From Octopus vulgaris (Eukaryota), in the NCBI GenBank assembly GCA_951406725.2, contig OX597831.1:27032001-27096000 (forward strand): DNA of 64,000 bases, in the 5' to 3' direction. Positions within the stretch are counted from its first letter, which is position 1. Each line of letters begins with the position of its first letter. The translations under genes were made by a program, and so were the position numbers. Positions 14,100 to 26,135 of the stretch are shown here, in pieces. The notes beneath the pieces are model-generated. The model was given only the letters and a program-made list of their open reading frames with translations. It had not been told where the DNA came from and searched no databases.

Positions 14100-14101
<2 letters not shown>
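12300..14101 (-). mobile_element. Decayed pogo/Tigger-like DNA transposon (HTH-CENPB plus DDE_1 transposase pseudogene)
   Basis: Minus-strand fragments: FKALPHWLDNFLRRYELSLRRSTT (CENP-B-type HTH), NIIANDETAV...RVTCILAI..D.TK.PPLII.KGK (first catalytic D), LVWYSASTH (second D position, mutated), and KPNLQEIMNWVKNSWNK. The 5' end near 14100 has repeated AATAAGCCCTACC/CCGAAAATA subterminal motifs next to TA. Frameshifted. Confidence 0.85.
13034..13417 (+). mobile_element. Full-length tRNA-derived SINE (family C) inserted in the transposase, with a 14-bp TSD
   Basis: A box TGGCCCAGTGG and B box GGTTTCGATTCCC. The direct repeat ATTGGAGATATTGT lies at 13020-13033 and 13418-13431. Confidence 0.9.
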
Positions 14102-14172
<71 letters not shown>

Positions 14173-14178
<6 letters not shown>

Positions 14179-14298
14179 TTTATTTAAAAGCGGCAGAAAT
14201 TCAACAAAACCTGTTACTCGGAGAGTTTCCCGAACGGGAACGTGAAACTCCGAGTAACAGGTTTTGTTGAATTTCTGCTGCTTTTAAATACAGCATAT
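14173..14298. repeat. Fold-back hairpin between (TA)n tracts; the inversion point cuts a hammerhead motif
   Basis: Inverted arms of about 50 bp. The centre reads GA-ACGggaaCGT-GAAAC-tccga-GTA-acag. Same family as 48189-48262. Confidence 0.7.
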
Positions 14299-14363
14299 TA
14301 CTCTACCCCTGGTATTTGAGTACTCTTTTTTTCCACCTTGTTTCACATTTATGTGTTTACTCC

Positions 14364-14435
<72 letters not shown>

Positions 14436-14879
14436 TAAATGGGATTACTAAAATCCAGGCAGATATCTAGAAAGCGCTCTTAATCGAACTTGGTTAACTA
14501 TCTCAAACAACGAGATGCAAAAGATTCAAATAGAATTAATATTACGTTCTCATCGATTTTCGGATATATTGATTTCACTGGTATATCTGAATATACTGGT
14601 ACAATTGAAATGATCGTCGGTAATGTATGGTGCAATCATTAGCTAAAGATGTGATTTTTTACCCTAATACCCTACCGGCAGGGTCATTCCGGGTGTATTT
14701 TTTGTTTACGAAACTAACTCACCATCACGTTTTCCTCTCTCGAGCTATGGAGAGGTTATGTTCCTCCGGCCATTTGAGTCTCACGAGTAGCCTATACACC
14801 TGAGCGTTTTTGGCCGTAACAATATAAAGTTAGCATTATTAAATCTCAAAACGAGATGTAAACAGTAATCGCTCGACAA

Positions 14880-15276
14880 TGTAAAGTATAATAGCCATCT
14901 CAATATGGCTAACCCCAAGGGGGGGTGTTACTGTAGCTTTTTAGCCCCTGGAGATCATCGTCTCCAGCTGGCTTTAGACACAATTTCTGTGTCCTTAAGG
15001 TATTTGCAAAGGGAGGCCATCCCTTTCTCGTAAGCCTAAGTGATACGCACCGGACCGCGGTTTCGATATTACCGCCCGTTGATAAGAGACAACAATCTCG
15101 AATCCGCGGTCCGGTGCGTATCACTTAGGCTTACGAGAAAGGGATGGCCTCCCTTTGCAAATACCTTAAGGGCACAGAAATTGTGTCTAAAGCCAGCTGG
15201 AGACGATGATCTCCTGGGGCTAAAAGTACCCCCCCCATTGGGGTTAGCCACATTGAGATGGCTATCATACTTTACA
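14880..15276. repeat. Large near-perfect inverted repeat (~190-bp arms) with a hammerhead motif at its centre
   Basis: The arms give mirror-image ORFs (14909-15124 - and 15040-15282 +). The centre reads ccg-TTGATAA-GAGAcaacaaTCTC-GAA(T/A)C-cgcg-GTC-cgg. Confidence 0.85.
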
Positions 15277-15810
15277 ATATAAAGTTAATTTTAAGAAAAA
15301 TATACTTCAAAGTTAGAGTGGTTGAATACTGTCAACATAACGTGACATACTTTCCTCTAAGGCAAAACCTAACGAATTTACTTGTACATCAACTACAGGC
15401 GGAATATATAATTTTAATGAATTACAAATAAATAATATTATAATTTGAGAATGTTTAATTAGGTGAAACATGGACGTATAGCTATTTCAGTATATAAAAA
15501 TATTAAGTCATTCGACTTTGCTTTAGTTAGATAAGGTATATGGTGCTTTATCTAATATATATTTAATCAGATAAACTATATCATAGTCAACAATTTTAAT
15601 ACCGGATGCTGGAGAATCACTCACATTTTATATGGGCATTGGCGTGGTGCTAGTTAAGTCAGACAAATAATAATGGTAATTTCATATAGCTAATGTTTCA
15701 CAGGTTTAATTTCTAGTCGTCATTTTGGCTTGCATCCGTTTACGTTCGGCATTTATCGTTGAAATATTTATTAATAATGGTTAATGTGGGAGTTTCTTGC
15801 TGCACCTTTT

Positions 15811-15889
<79 letters not shown>

Positions 15890-15892
<3 letters not shown>

Positions 15893-16860
15893 CCTTTCTG
15901 CTAAAAAAACACAAGGCCCGAAATGTTGGAGGAGGGAACTAACCGATTACATTGATCCCAGTGTGTAACTGGTACTTAAGTTATAAACCCCGAAAGGTGA
16001 AACACAAAGTCGAGCTCAGCGGTATTTGAACTCAGAACGTGGAGACAGACGAAATAACTCTTTCTTTACTACCCACAAGGGGCTAAACACAGAGGGAACA
16101 AACAAGGACAGACATAGGTATTAAGTCGATTACATCGACCCCAGTGCGTAACTGGTACTTATTTAATCGACCCCCGAAAGGATGAAAGGCAACTCGACCT
16201 CGGCGGCATTTGAACTCAGAACATAGCGGCAGACGAAATACCTATTTCTTTATTACCCACAAGGGGCTAAACACAGAGGGAACAAACAAGGACAGACATA
16301 GGTATTAAGTCGATTACATCGACCCCAGTGCGTAACTGGTACTTATTTAATCGACCCCCGAAAGGATGAAAGGCAAAGTCGACCTCGGCTGAATTTGAAC
16401 TCAGAACGTAACGACAGACGAAATACGGCTACGCATTTCGCCCGGCGTGCTAACGTTTCTGCCAGCTCGCCGCCATAATAATAATAATAATAATAATAAT
16501 TCTTTCTATCATAGGCACAAGGCCTGAAATTTGGGAGAGGGAGAAAGTCGATTATGTCGACCCCAGTCTTTCACTGGTACTTATTTCATCGATCCCGAAA
16601 GGATGAACGGCAAAGTCGACTTTCGGGGAATTTGAATATAGAACGTAAAGACGGACGAAATACCGCTAAGCATTTCGCCCGGCGTGCTAACGATTCTGCC
16701 AGCTCGCTGCCTTATTAATAATCTTTTCTGTTATAGGCACAGAGTCTGAAATTTGTGGGGAGGAAACCAGTCGATTAATTCGACCCCAGTGTTTTGCTGG
16801 TCGACCCCAAAAGGATGAATGGCAAAGTCAACCTCAGAACGTAGCAGCAGACGAAAGGAG
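15890..16860 (-). mobile_element. Cluster of tandem and partial SINE family B copies
   Basis: Repeated gaccccgaaaggatgaaaggcaaagtcgacctcggc, with (AAT)n tails. Confidence 0.8.
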
Positions 16861-16949
16861 GAGTAAGAGAGAGGGAACAGTGAAGGGGAGTCCCTTTCAC
16901 TGTTCCCTCTGTCTTACTCCTCCTCCTCCTCTTCTTCGACTCTCTCGTC

Positions 16950-17595
16950 GCTGACACGCGATCAGAGGGAAGCCATCTTTCCAACTGCTATCTTCACCAA
17001 GACAAGACCGCTTATCCTGTCTCTCTCATAATAAGCTGTCTCCTCAAGCGTTCAGAATAATTTTTCCATCGTAATGGCTTAACAGCCCTCATAGTTTGTT
17101 TTTACTGTGTTATTTTCTTTGTTCTGTCTTTTATTGTTTTTACTTTTATTGTTTTTACTGTTTTGTTTTGTTCTTACTGTCCTGTTCTTGTTACCACTTT
17201 TACCCCCTACCCCCACCCCGCAAAAAATCCCAAATTTTATTTAATTTGCTTTGCGGGAAGGACTGTTTCAATGAAGTCGCGTCTTGTCCTTACCTTCGAT
17301 ACGCGGAGTAGACGAAACAGGGACAACTGAAGAAGTGGAATATTCCTTGTTTTGTATGTTTTGTACTGTTTTTCGTTCTTTGAAAAATAGTTCGTTTCCA
17401 TGTTTTTGTTTTTATGTTTTCGTTTCTCATTGTGTTCAACGTTTTTTTTTTTTTGATGTCCTGTACCCATATATGCATGTATATATACATATAGATGTAG
17501 GTATGTACATATATTTATGTATATATGCATATATTTATATATTATTTATATTATTATATGATCGAACGCCACGCATCTTTTCCAAGTAAGTTTTA
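16950..17595. repeat. Unclassified interspersed repeat; rearranged second copy at ~35290-36170
   Basis: Shared blocks such as AAAAATCCCAAATTTTATTTAATTTGCTTTGCGGGAAGGACTGTTTCAA and GAACGCCACGCATC.TTTCCAAGTAAG. Confidence 0.7.
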
Positions 17596-17666
17596 CATAT
17601 ATATATATATTACGGAGAGGTACCTGCATAGCAAGTGATTTGATCTGATATCGTGTGCTGAAACGA

Positions 17667-17940
17667 AAACAATTGCAGCATGGAAGGTGTTTGTAAGCCA
17701 TTTAAGAAACACACAAAAGCCGTTCGATTCACTTCAACATTTAAGTTTAATTTGTCAAAATATTTTCGTCGCTATAAGACCGCGACCTGTTCACTGACAA
17801 AAAGCATGCTCAGTGAACAGATCGCGGTCTTAAAGCGACGAAAATATTTTGACAAATTAAACTTAAATGTTGAAGTGAATCGAACGGCTTTTCTGTGTTT
17901 CTTAAATGGCTTACAAACACCTTCCAGGCTGCAATTGTTT
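17667..17940. repeat. Near-perfect fold-back (~130-bp arms) beside (TA)n
   Basis: AAACAATTGCAGC...TTCACTGA / caaaaagcatgc / TCAGTGAA...GCTGCAATTGTTT. Confidence 0.85.
17751..17801 (-). ncRNA. Minimal hammerhead motif with G3-C8 swapped core
   Basis: tttgtca-GTGAACA-g-GTCGCggtcttataGCGAC-GAAA-atat-TT-tgacaaa: perfect 7-bp stem I, 5-bp stem II, palindromic stem III. Confidence 0.65.
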
Positions 17941-17964
17941 ATATATATATATACATATACTCCT

Positions 17965-18325
17965 TTACTCTTTTACTTGTTTCAGTCATTTGACTGCGGC
18001 CATGCTGGAGCACAGCCTTTAGTCGAGCAAATCGACCCCAGAACTTATTCTTTTGCCGAACCGCTAAGTGACGGGGACGTAAACACACCAGCATCGGTTG
18101 TCAAGCAATGCTAGGGGGAGAAACACAGACACACAAACACACAAATACATTTATATATATACATATATACGACAGGCTTCTTTCAGTTTCCGTCTACCAA
18201 ATCCACTCACAAGGTATTGGTCGGCCCGGGGCTATAGCAGAAGACACTTGCCCAAGATGCCACGCAGTGGGACTGAACCTGGAACCCTGTGGTTGGTTAG
18301 CAAGCTACTTACCACACAGCCATAT
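17965..18325 (-). mobile_element. SINE family A
   Basis: Reverse complement of the family A sequence. Confidence 0.8.
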
Positions 18326-18430
18326 ATATACGATGGACTTTTTTCAATATACAGGGTGGCCCAAAAGTAGGTTTACAGTTATTCAACTATCCCTTTCGCA
18401 TTCATACATGTGTGTGTGTATGTATATGTA

Positions 18431-18479
<49 letters not shown>

Positions 18480-19082
18480 TTTTGTCTGTCTATCCCCTCT
18501 CCATCGCTTGACAACCGATGATGGTGTGTTTACGCCCCCGTAATCTAGTGGTTCAGCACAAAGGATCGATAGAATAAATACCAGGCTTACAAAAAATTAA
18601 ATCTTGGGGTCGATTTGTTCGACTAAAAGGTGGTGCTCCAGCACGGCCGCAGTCAAATGACTGAAACAAACAAAAGAATATATGCTTATATGTATGTGTA
18701 TATCTCCCTGTTCTCTGTTAATTGTTATCTCTCTTGTCCGCTACCCCCTCCGTCCCTCTCCTACACCTTCTCTTTTCCTCTCATTCATTCTCCTTCTCTT
18801 TCTCTCTCTCTCTTTCACTCTCTTTCCATCTTTCTCTTTTCCTCTTCCGGTTCTCCTCCTTCTCCTCTCCTCCCCGCCATCTTTACCTTTTTTAAATGTA
18901 GAAAAGTTTACGACTAACGCCGGGATATGGCGATGTAATAACGTGTGTGCACGTGTTTCTGTTGAGTGGGTGTGTGTGTGTGTGCATGTGTGTGTTGCAG
19001 TGTAAGTGTGTGTGTAGGTAAGTATGTTTATATCGTATTGTGGATATATATGTGTGTGTGTGTGTGTGTGTATGTATATCTA

Positions 19083-19125
<43 letters not shown>

Positions 19126-19195
19126 GTATATGCGTTATATAAATGTATACATAAGTATGTATATTTATATGTACATATAAATATGTATATTTATG

Positions 19196-19246
<51 letters not shown>

Positions 19247-19310
19247 GCGTTATATAAATGTATACATAAGTATGTATATTTATATGTACATATAAATATG
19301 TATATTTATG

Positions 19311-19344
<34 letters not shown>

Positions 19345-19397
19345 AATGTATACATATACATATTTACATATATGCATATGTATATATATTTGTGTGT

Positions 19398-19429
<32 letters not shown>

Positions 19430-19580
19430 GATAAAATGTATATATATATAAATATATATTTTTGTGTGTATGTGTGTGTATATATATATATATAAATATA
19501 TAAATATATATGTATATCTGTCTGTGTGTGTATATATATATATATATATCTGTGTGTGTATATAGATATATATGTATATC

Positions 19581-19632
<52 letters not shown>

Positions 19633-19909
19633 AATGTATACATGTGTACGTATGTTCTTGCGCGCGTCTTCTAGTGTGTATAGGGGAGGCGTGTGTGTGT
19701 GTTAGTGTGCGTGTGAATGTACGTGCTATTGTGTGGGTGTTAACCTAAGTGGTTAGGCATTGTTGTAACGGTGTTAAAGTCTGCTGAGGGGCGGTGTGGC
19801 GGTGTGGGGGGAGCGTTGTAAAGGAGGCTGGGGTGGGGTAGGGAAGGAGAGGTCGACTGTTATCTTATTAACCGACACCAATCATTTCCGCTCAGAAGCA
19901 AAACGCACC

Positions 19910-19911
19910 AC

Positions 19912-19951
<40 letters not shown>

Positions 19952-20482
19952 GGTGGTGGTGTTGATGGTGGTGGTGATGGTGTTTGATGTGGTGGTGGTG
20001 GCGGCAGTTATACGGGTGCTGGTGGTAGTAGTAATAATAATGGTGGTGCTAGTTGTTGTAGTAGTAGTGGTAGCAGTGGTGGTGGTGGTGGTGGTAGGGG
20101 TGGTGGTGGTGGTGGTGGTGTTGGTAGTAGTGTTGATGGTAGGGGTGGCGGCGGTGATACGGGTGCTGGTGGTAGTAGTAATAATAGTGGTGGTGCTAGT
20201 TGTTGTAGTAGTGGTAGTGGTGGTGGTGGTGGTGGTGATGGTGGTGGTGGTAGTTGTGATGATGGTAAGGGTGGCGGTGGTGGTTGTGGTGGTAGCGTTG
20301 ATGGTAGGGGTGGCGGCGGTGATACGGGTGCTGGTGGTAGTAGTAATAGTAGTGGTGGTGGTAGTTGTAGTAGTAGTAGTAGTGTGGTAGCGATGGTGGT
20401 GGTGGTGTTGGTGGTGGTAGCGATGATGGTAGGGGTGGCGGTGGTGGTGGTGGTGGTGGTGGTGGTGGTGGTGGTGGTGGTA
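19910..20482. repeat. (GGT)n/(AGT)n compound repeat with a higher-order unit
   Basis: The unit GGTAGGGGTGGCGGCGGTGATACGGGTGCTGGTGGTAGTAGTAAT recurs about three times. Confidence 0.85.
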
Positions 20483-21145
20483 TCAATTGTTGTTGGCGTT
20501 AACTTTCTATTTGTTTCAAATATGTGTGGGGGTTTTGTTGTTGTTGTCTTTGTTAATAGGTTTCCGGTCTGTTAACATCATCTTTAAAGTGTACGTATAT
20601 CTTTAATGAGTATATATATCTTCAGGGAGTTTATCTGTGGAGGGTTTTAATCTTTAACGAATGTACCTGCAGAGAGTATGTCTTCAGGGAATATATCTTT
20701 AACGAGGATATCTGCAAAGAGTATGTCTTTAGAGAGTATGTCTTTGGAGAGCATTCTTGTAGAGCGTATATCTGTAAGGAATATATCTATAGAGAGTATA
20801 TATTTAACGATAGTCTATATCAAAAATATGTTGAATATTGGGAGGGTCATTTTACCAATAAGAAACACGCGCAATGATTTTTTTGTCACTTCTTTATTTT
20901 TTGTTTGTTTTTCTTAGTATTTTTATAAATCAACTGAAGGCGGCGAGCTGGCAGAATTGTTCCCGCGCAGGACGAAATAGTATTCGTCTGTCTTTACGTT
21001 CTGGGTTCAAATTCCACCGAGGCCGACTTTGCTTTTCATCCATTCAGAGTTGATAAATTAAGTACCAGGGAAACACTGGGGTCGATGTAATCGACTAGTC
21101 CCTTCCCCCAAAATTTTCAGGCCTTGTGCCTTTAGTAGAAAGAAT

Positions 21146-21561
21146 GGATCTTTTCGGTTTGAACGGCAGTTTTTTCTAGCGGTGTCATATAAATTTGTCA
21201 CCCATAATTATGACCCTAGTATCGATCTATTGCATTTCAATCTGTTTTAGGGTTAAGGTTAGGGGTGGGGGAAGGGTATCTTTTTTTCTTCACAAATGTA
21301 AATATACCCAACGTGTTGCTTAAACGAGGGACATATTCATATGGCACAGAATGTTTTTTACCTCAATAGGCGTCATTGACTGGTTGAAATTGCAGAAATT
21401 GAAGAAAAAAACAACAAATACCTTACAAACTATAGAATTTTCTTAATAAAGCCTAGAGAAAAAGAGGTTTTATAAACATATTCTACCAGTATACGAAGTT
21501 TAAAAGTGTTCAGTTACGTGGAAATTATTTTTAAAAACTGCCGTTCAAACCGAAAAGATTC
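21146..21561. mobile_element. MITE with ~29-bp TIRs and an 8-bp TSD (Merlin-like), inserted in a SINE tail
   Basis: GGATCTTTTCGGTTTGAACGGCAGTTTTT ... AAAAACTGCCGTTCAAACCGAAAAGATTC, flanked by GAAAGAAT and GGAAGAAT. Confidence 0.8.
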
Positions 21562-21567
21562 GGAAGA

Positions 21568-21611
<44 letters not shown>

Positions 21612-21870
21612 GACGGTGAGCTGGCAGAATCGTTTCCACGCCTGGCGAAATGCTTAGAGGCATTTCGTCTGTCTTTACGTTCTGAGTCCAAATTCCGCCG
21701 AGGTCGTCTTTGCCTTTTCTCTTTCGGAGTCGATAGAATGAGTACCAATTGAGCTCTTGGGTCGACCTATCCGCTCCTCAGAAATTGCTGCCCTCGCGCC
21801 AAAATTTGAAACCAAAATTATAAGCCAACCGGTTAACCAATTGGCTTATCGATTGGTTTATTAAACAATA

Positions 21871-22041
21871 GGCGCAGGAGTGGCTGTGTGGTAAGTAGCT
21901 TGCTAACCAACCACATGGTTCCGGGTTCAGTCCCACTGCGTGGCATCTTGGGCAAGTGTCTTCTGCTATAGCCCCGGGCCGACCAATGTCTTGTGAGTGG
22001 ATTTGGTAGACGGAAACTGAAAGAAGCCCGTCGTATATATG

Positions 22042-22078
<37 letters not shown>

Positions 22079-22297
22079 TTGTGTGTCCGTGTTTGTCCCC
22101 CTAGCATTGCTTGACAACCAATGCTGGTGTGTTTACGTCCCCGTCACTTAGCGGTTCGGCAAAAGAGACCGATAGAATAAGTACTGGGCTTACAAAGAAT
22201 AAGTCCCGGGGTCAAGTTGCTCGACTAAAGGCGGTGCTCCAGCATGGCCGTAGTCAAATGACTGAAACAAGTAAAAGAGTAAAAGAGTAAAAAGAGT
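21871..22297 (+). mobile_element. SINE family A, full length and young
   Basis: Complete head-to-tail copy ending in (GTAAAAGA)n. Confidence 0.9.
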
Positions 22298-22860
22298 AAT
22301 TGATTGATCAATCAATCAGATGTTTTGTCAGAGTCCTTAGTCTCCATTTACGACCTCATCAAAAGACAGGAATAAATGATTGGAGGCAATGAAATAAAGA
22401 TGGAAGAATGAGACTATGCCATAGATGAGATCGCGAATGACGGCATTGGATTCTAACAAACCAGCCAATTGACTGATCAAATGAATAATCAAACACTTGA
22501 TTAGTTAATTAGTTAATTGGTTAACTTGTTGATTAACGTTTATAGAATGAAGTAAAATAGAACCAGTGCTTGCATTTGTTATTTGCAAAATGACCCTCCC
22601 AAGGTACAACAATATCCGTTTCATCACATCATTTACCATAAAAAAAAAGACTTACGTGACAAATACAGATTTAAATTATTTCTTACAAATATACATTATA
22701 TCGTTCAGTTTCATTTCTAGTGGTCACCAGTTGTTTTATGCCTGTATATGTCTACCTTGTACGTCTACAGAAAATGTAATGATGAACAATGCAAATGACG
22801 GCACAAGAGATATAAGTTTTAAAATATGGCACTGACCTGATGCTTCAATAAGAAAAGAAA

Positions 22861-22898
22861 GTCTTAACGTTTCGGACGTTCGTCCTTCATTAGAAAAC
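22861..22898 (-). ncRNA. Minimal hammerhead motif with G5A core substitution (probably inactive)
   Basis: gtttt-CTAATGA-a-GGACgaacGTCC-GAAAC-GTT-aagac. Confidence 0.6.
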
Positions 22899-23936
22899 TG
22901 AGAAAAATCATTGAGATGACAGAAAGAGGAATAATCAACGAGAGAAGGAAAGAAAACTGCGAGAGGTTAGGAACCAGGTAAGAATGTGGTTCTATGGAGG
23001 AAGAGTCATGAAGTGAGGATGGGATGGGTGTGTATGTCCAACAATAGGAGTGTATTCGTGTCTCTTTTGGTCTCATATCGTCTTATTTCTGGATATGCCT
23101 GCCTTGGTCTCATAGTCTAAATATATACATAGCTATATTGTATTGTCTTATTTGTAGATATGTCTACCTTGGTCGCATGTTCTATACACGGTTCTACATT
23201 TAATGATTTAATAATCTACGAAACTTTCAGAAATGAGATGTTATTCTAGAATCTATTTTAACCCTACGTCTGTTGTGATTGAACAAACCTATGATGAAGG
23301 GAATTCCAGCCATGACCATCCTGTTTTTATGTATATCTAAGGCTACATTGTTTTACGTGCCATCCTTTTATAAGACAGTGTTAGGATTTGAAGCGGATTT
23401 GACTTCTATTTCTCGCACACCGTGCGACTATGTACAGGTCCCTTCATTGACATTTTTTTATTGGTTAGCGAGGCAGTAGGGGGATGGGACCATGGCTTTG
23501 ACATGATCCTCCACCGCTGTGAATGGTGAGATTAACACAGTTAATTTTCCTCTTGAATTTGTGGCTAGTTAATGTTGCGGGACCAATATAAAGGGAAAAG
23601 GAAGAAATTACAGAACATTCTGGTTTGTAGAAATGGGAATCACGCTGAATCTCCCCGAGAACTACATTAAGGGTACATGTGCCTGTGGAGTACTCAGCCA
23701 CTTGCACGTTAATTTCACGAGCTGGCTGTTCCGTTGCTCGGATCAACAGGAATCCACGTCGTCGTAACCGACGAAGTGCCACGACATATAAAGGAGAGCA
23801 CTAAAATCTTTTAAACGGTTTAAGGCCTCTGTGGGTCTTAATCCGACCCTGACTAAGATTAAGTGGTAAGTGAAAACAAATTATTCCAAAATGCTGGATT
23901 GGAGGTGGCATGGGATCGGTCAGCTCCATGGAATAA

Positions 23937-24230
23937 AGGAGGCACATGACCTTGTCGTTAGAGCAGCGGACTCGCGGTTGAGGGATCGCGGGTTCGAATC
24001 TCAGACCGGGTGATGTGTGTGTTTATGAGCGAAACACCTAAGCTCCACGCAGCTCCGGCAGAAGATAATGGCGAACTTCTGCTGACTCTTTCGCCACAAC
24101 TTTCTCTCACGCTTTCTCTCACGCTCACCTGCGACGGACCGGCGTCTCGTCCAGGTGGGGAGCCTATACGCCAAGGAAACCGGGAAACCGGCCCTTATGA
24201 GCCAGGCGTGGCTCGAGAAGGAACAAGCAA
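23937..24230 (+). mobile_element. tRNA-head SINE (family C-related)
   Basis: GGAGGCACATGACCTTGTCGTTAGAGCAGCGGACTCGCGG...GGTTCGAATCTC. The same head occurs at 1733 and 32250. Confidence 0.7.
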
Positions 24231-24519
24231 TAAAGGTCGCTTTAGTAGTAGTGGTAAAAAGCAGAGAGAGAGGAGACATAGGATGTCAGTGAGCCAGGGG
24301 TTGGAGTTTGATGATAAGTGATTTCCTGTGAATCAGTATGGACACACACTGAGATGTCTTTGTGTGTGTGTAAGAGCAGTGTCATCATCCCAGATGTGGG
24401 ACAAGTGGTCTATTGTAGATCCTACATGAGTTTTAATGAGGGGTCACAGCTGTTGCTGGCGAAGTGGAAGTTCTGAATGGGAAAGGTCAGTTCTTGTGAT
24501 ACACTTTTATTCTCTTATT

Positions 24520-24715
24520 ATTTGCTTGTCATTTCACTGCGGCCATGCTGGAGTATCACCTTTTAGTCGAAGAAAGCTACACCAGGACTTATTCTTTGTA
24601 AGCTTAGTACTTATTCTATCGGTAAGTTACGAGGCCGTAAACACACCAGCATCGGTTGTCAAGCGATTATGGGGGGAGCAAACACAAACGCACACTCACA
24701 CACACACGCACACGC

Positions 24716-24806
<91 letters not shown>

Positions 24807-25003
24807 TCGAGAGAGAGGGGGAGAGATATATAGAGAGAAATATGACGGGCTTCTTTCAATTTCCGTCTAGCAAATCTACTCACAAGGCTTTGGTCGGCCC
24901 GAGACTATAGTAAAAAACACTTGCCCAAAATGCCACGCAGTGGGACTGAACCTGAAACCATGTGGTTGGTAAGCAAGCTACTTACCACACAGCCATTGCT
25001 GCG
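24520..25003 (-). mobile_element. SINE family A with expanded internal (TA)n(GA)n
   Basis: Reverse complement of the family A head and tail. Confidence 0.75.
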
Positions 25004-25505
25004 TCTTTTGTTTATGTTAAGAAAATGTGTTCGCTCAGAGAGATCTACAGTTGTAATTAGACAGCTACAATTGCAATATGTAGGGGGGGGGGCACCAGTA
25101 TTCTCGATTGCAAGAATGGTAATCCTTCGTAGGTATCCTCGAACCCTAAGCTAGAAATCTAAATGGGACCAATGGAACACTGTTTAGGTTCGCCCAGTCA
25201 ACAATCCGTGAAGTGGTCAATCAGGAAATTCCCCAAATCTTTTTTTTACCTGTTGAAAGTAAAGAAAGTATGTGTCTACATTTTTATTTTTTCTTTCACT
25301 AATAGGCTTTCTAACATTGAGATTTATTTTCAGTCCTTCTGAGTTATACTTTTGTGTATAGAATATTATTCAAACCATGATAAGCCGTCAAAATTTTAAA
25401 ATATGCAAATTAGGCTATCTGCTACATGAGGGCATAATTTGTAACCTGTTTTTTCTAGACAAGTTGAATATTCCGTGTTATTAATTAGGGAAGTAAAACA
25501 GTTAC

Positions 25506-25555
25506 GTCTTCTCTGAGGAGCGGTCAACAAACTGTGAAAGTGTCCGTCAGGAGAC
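25506..25555 (+). ncRNA. Hammerhead motif (degenerate stem III)
   Basis: gtcttct-CTGAGGA-GCGGTcaacaaACTGT-GAAAg-tgtcc-GTC-aggagac. Confidence 0.55.
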
Positions 25556-25881
25556 TTTTTCTAATTTTTCTATCTCTTTCTCTTCCTCTCTCATAGTCCC
25601 TTTGTTTCCGTACAGTGAAAACATATAAAGAATGCGTTGAAATTTATATATTCCTCGCACTTCCGTACTCCTGCTCCCTCCCTCCTTCTCTCCCTATCTC
25701 CCCATCTCTCTCTCCCTCGCTCGCTCTCTGTATATACATACATGTATGTATGTGTGTGTGTGTGTGTGTGTAAGTGTGTAATAAATCCAAAAGAACGAAG
25801 ATAAAACACATGAAAAAACAACAACGCGAGGACGTGGTACATGCAAAGTATTAAAAGACGGCCAGGGAAGGAAAGAAAAGG

Positions 25882-25918
25882 TGTTTTACGTTTCGAGCAT
25901 GGCTCTTCTTCAGAAACA
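25882..25918 (-). ncRNA. Intact-core minimal hammerhead ribozyme motif of the Penelope-like-element type
   Basis: tgttt-CTGAAGA-a-GAGCcatGCTC-GAAAC-GTA-aaaca, with the ACGT palindrome as stem III. Confidence 0.75.
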
Positions 25919-26135
25919 GGAGACAGAGGAAAGTCCAAGAGAAAAGGAAGATGGAGTAAAAAAAATTGCCAACAATCCACATGTAGTTAACCATGCCTAT
26001 ATTAATTGTTTCAGGTGCCTGTGTAGTCGCGAGTAGTCAGTGACAGTTTCCCGGCTCTGCCGCCCCTCAATCCGGGGAGAGAGGGAGAGGGAGAACTGCA
26101 CTAGCACTCAGTTGGTATTCATATGCAGTTGAGTA

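Noticed and set aside
17268-17345. Possible hammerhead (TCAATGAAGTC...GACGAAAC) in the 17 kb/36 kb repeat
   Set aside because: The core deviates at several positions in both copies, and stems I and III could not be assigned.
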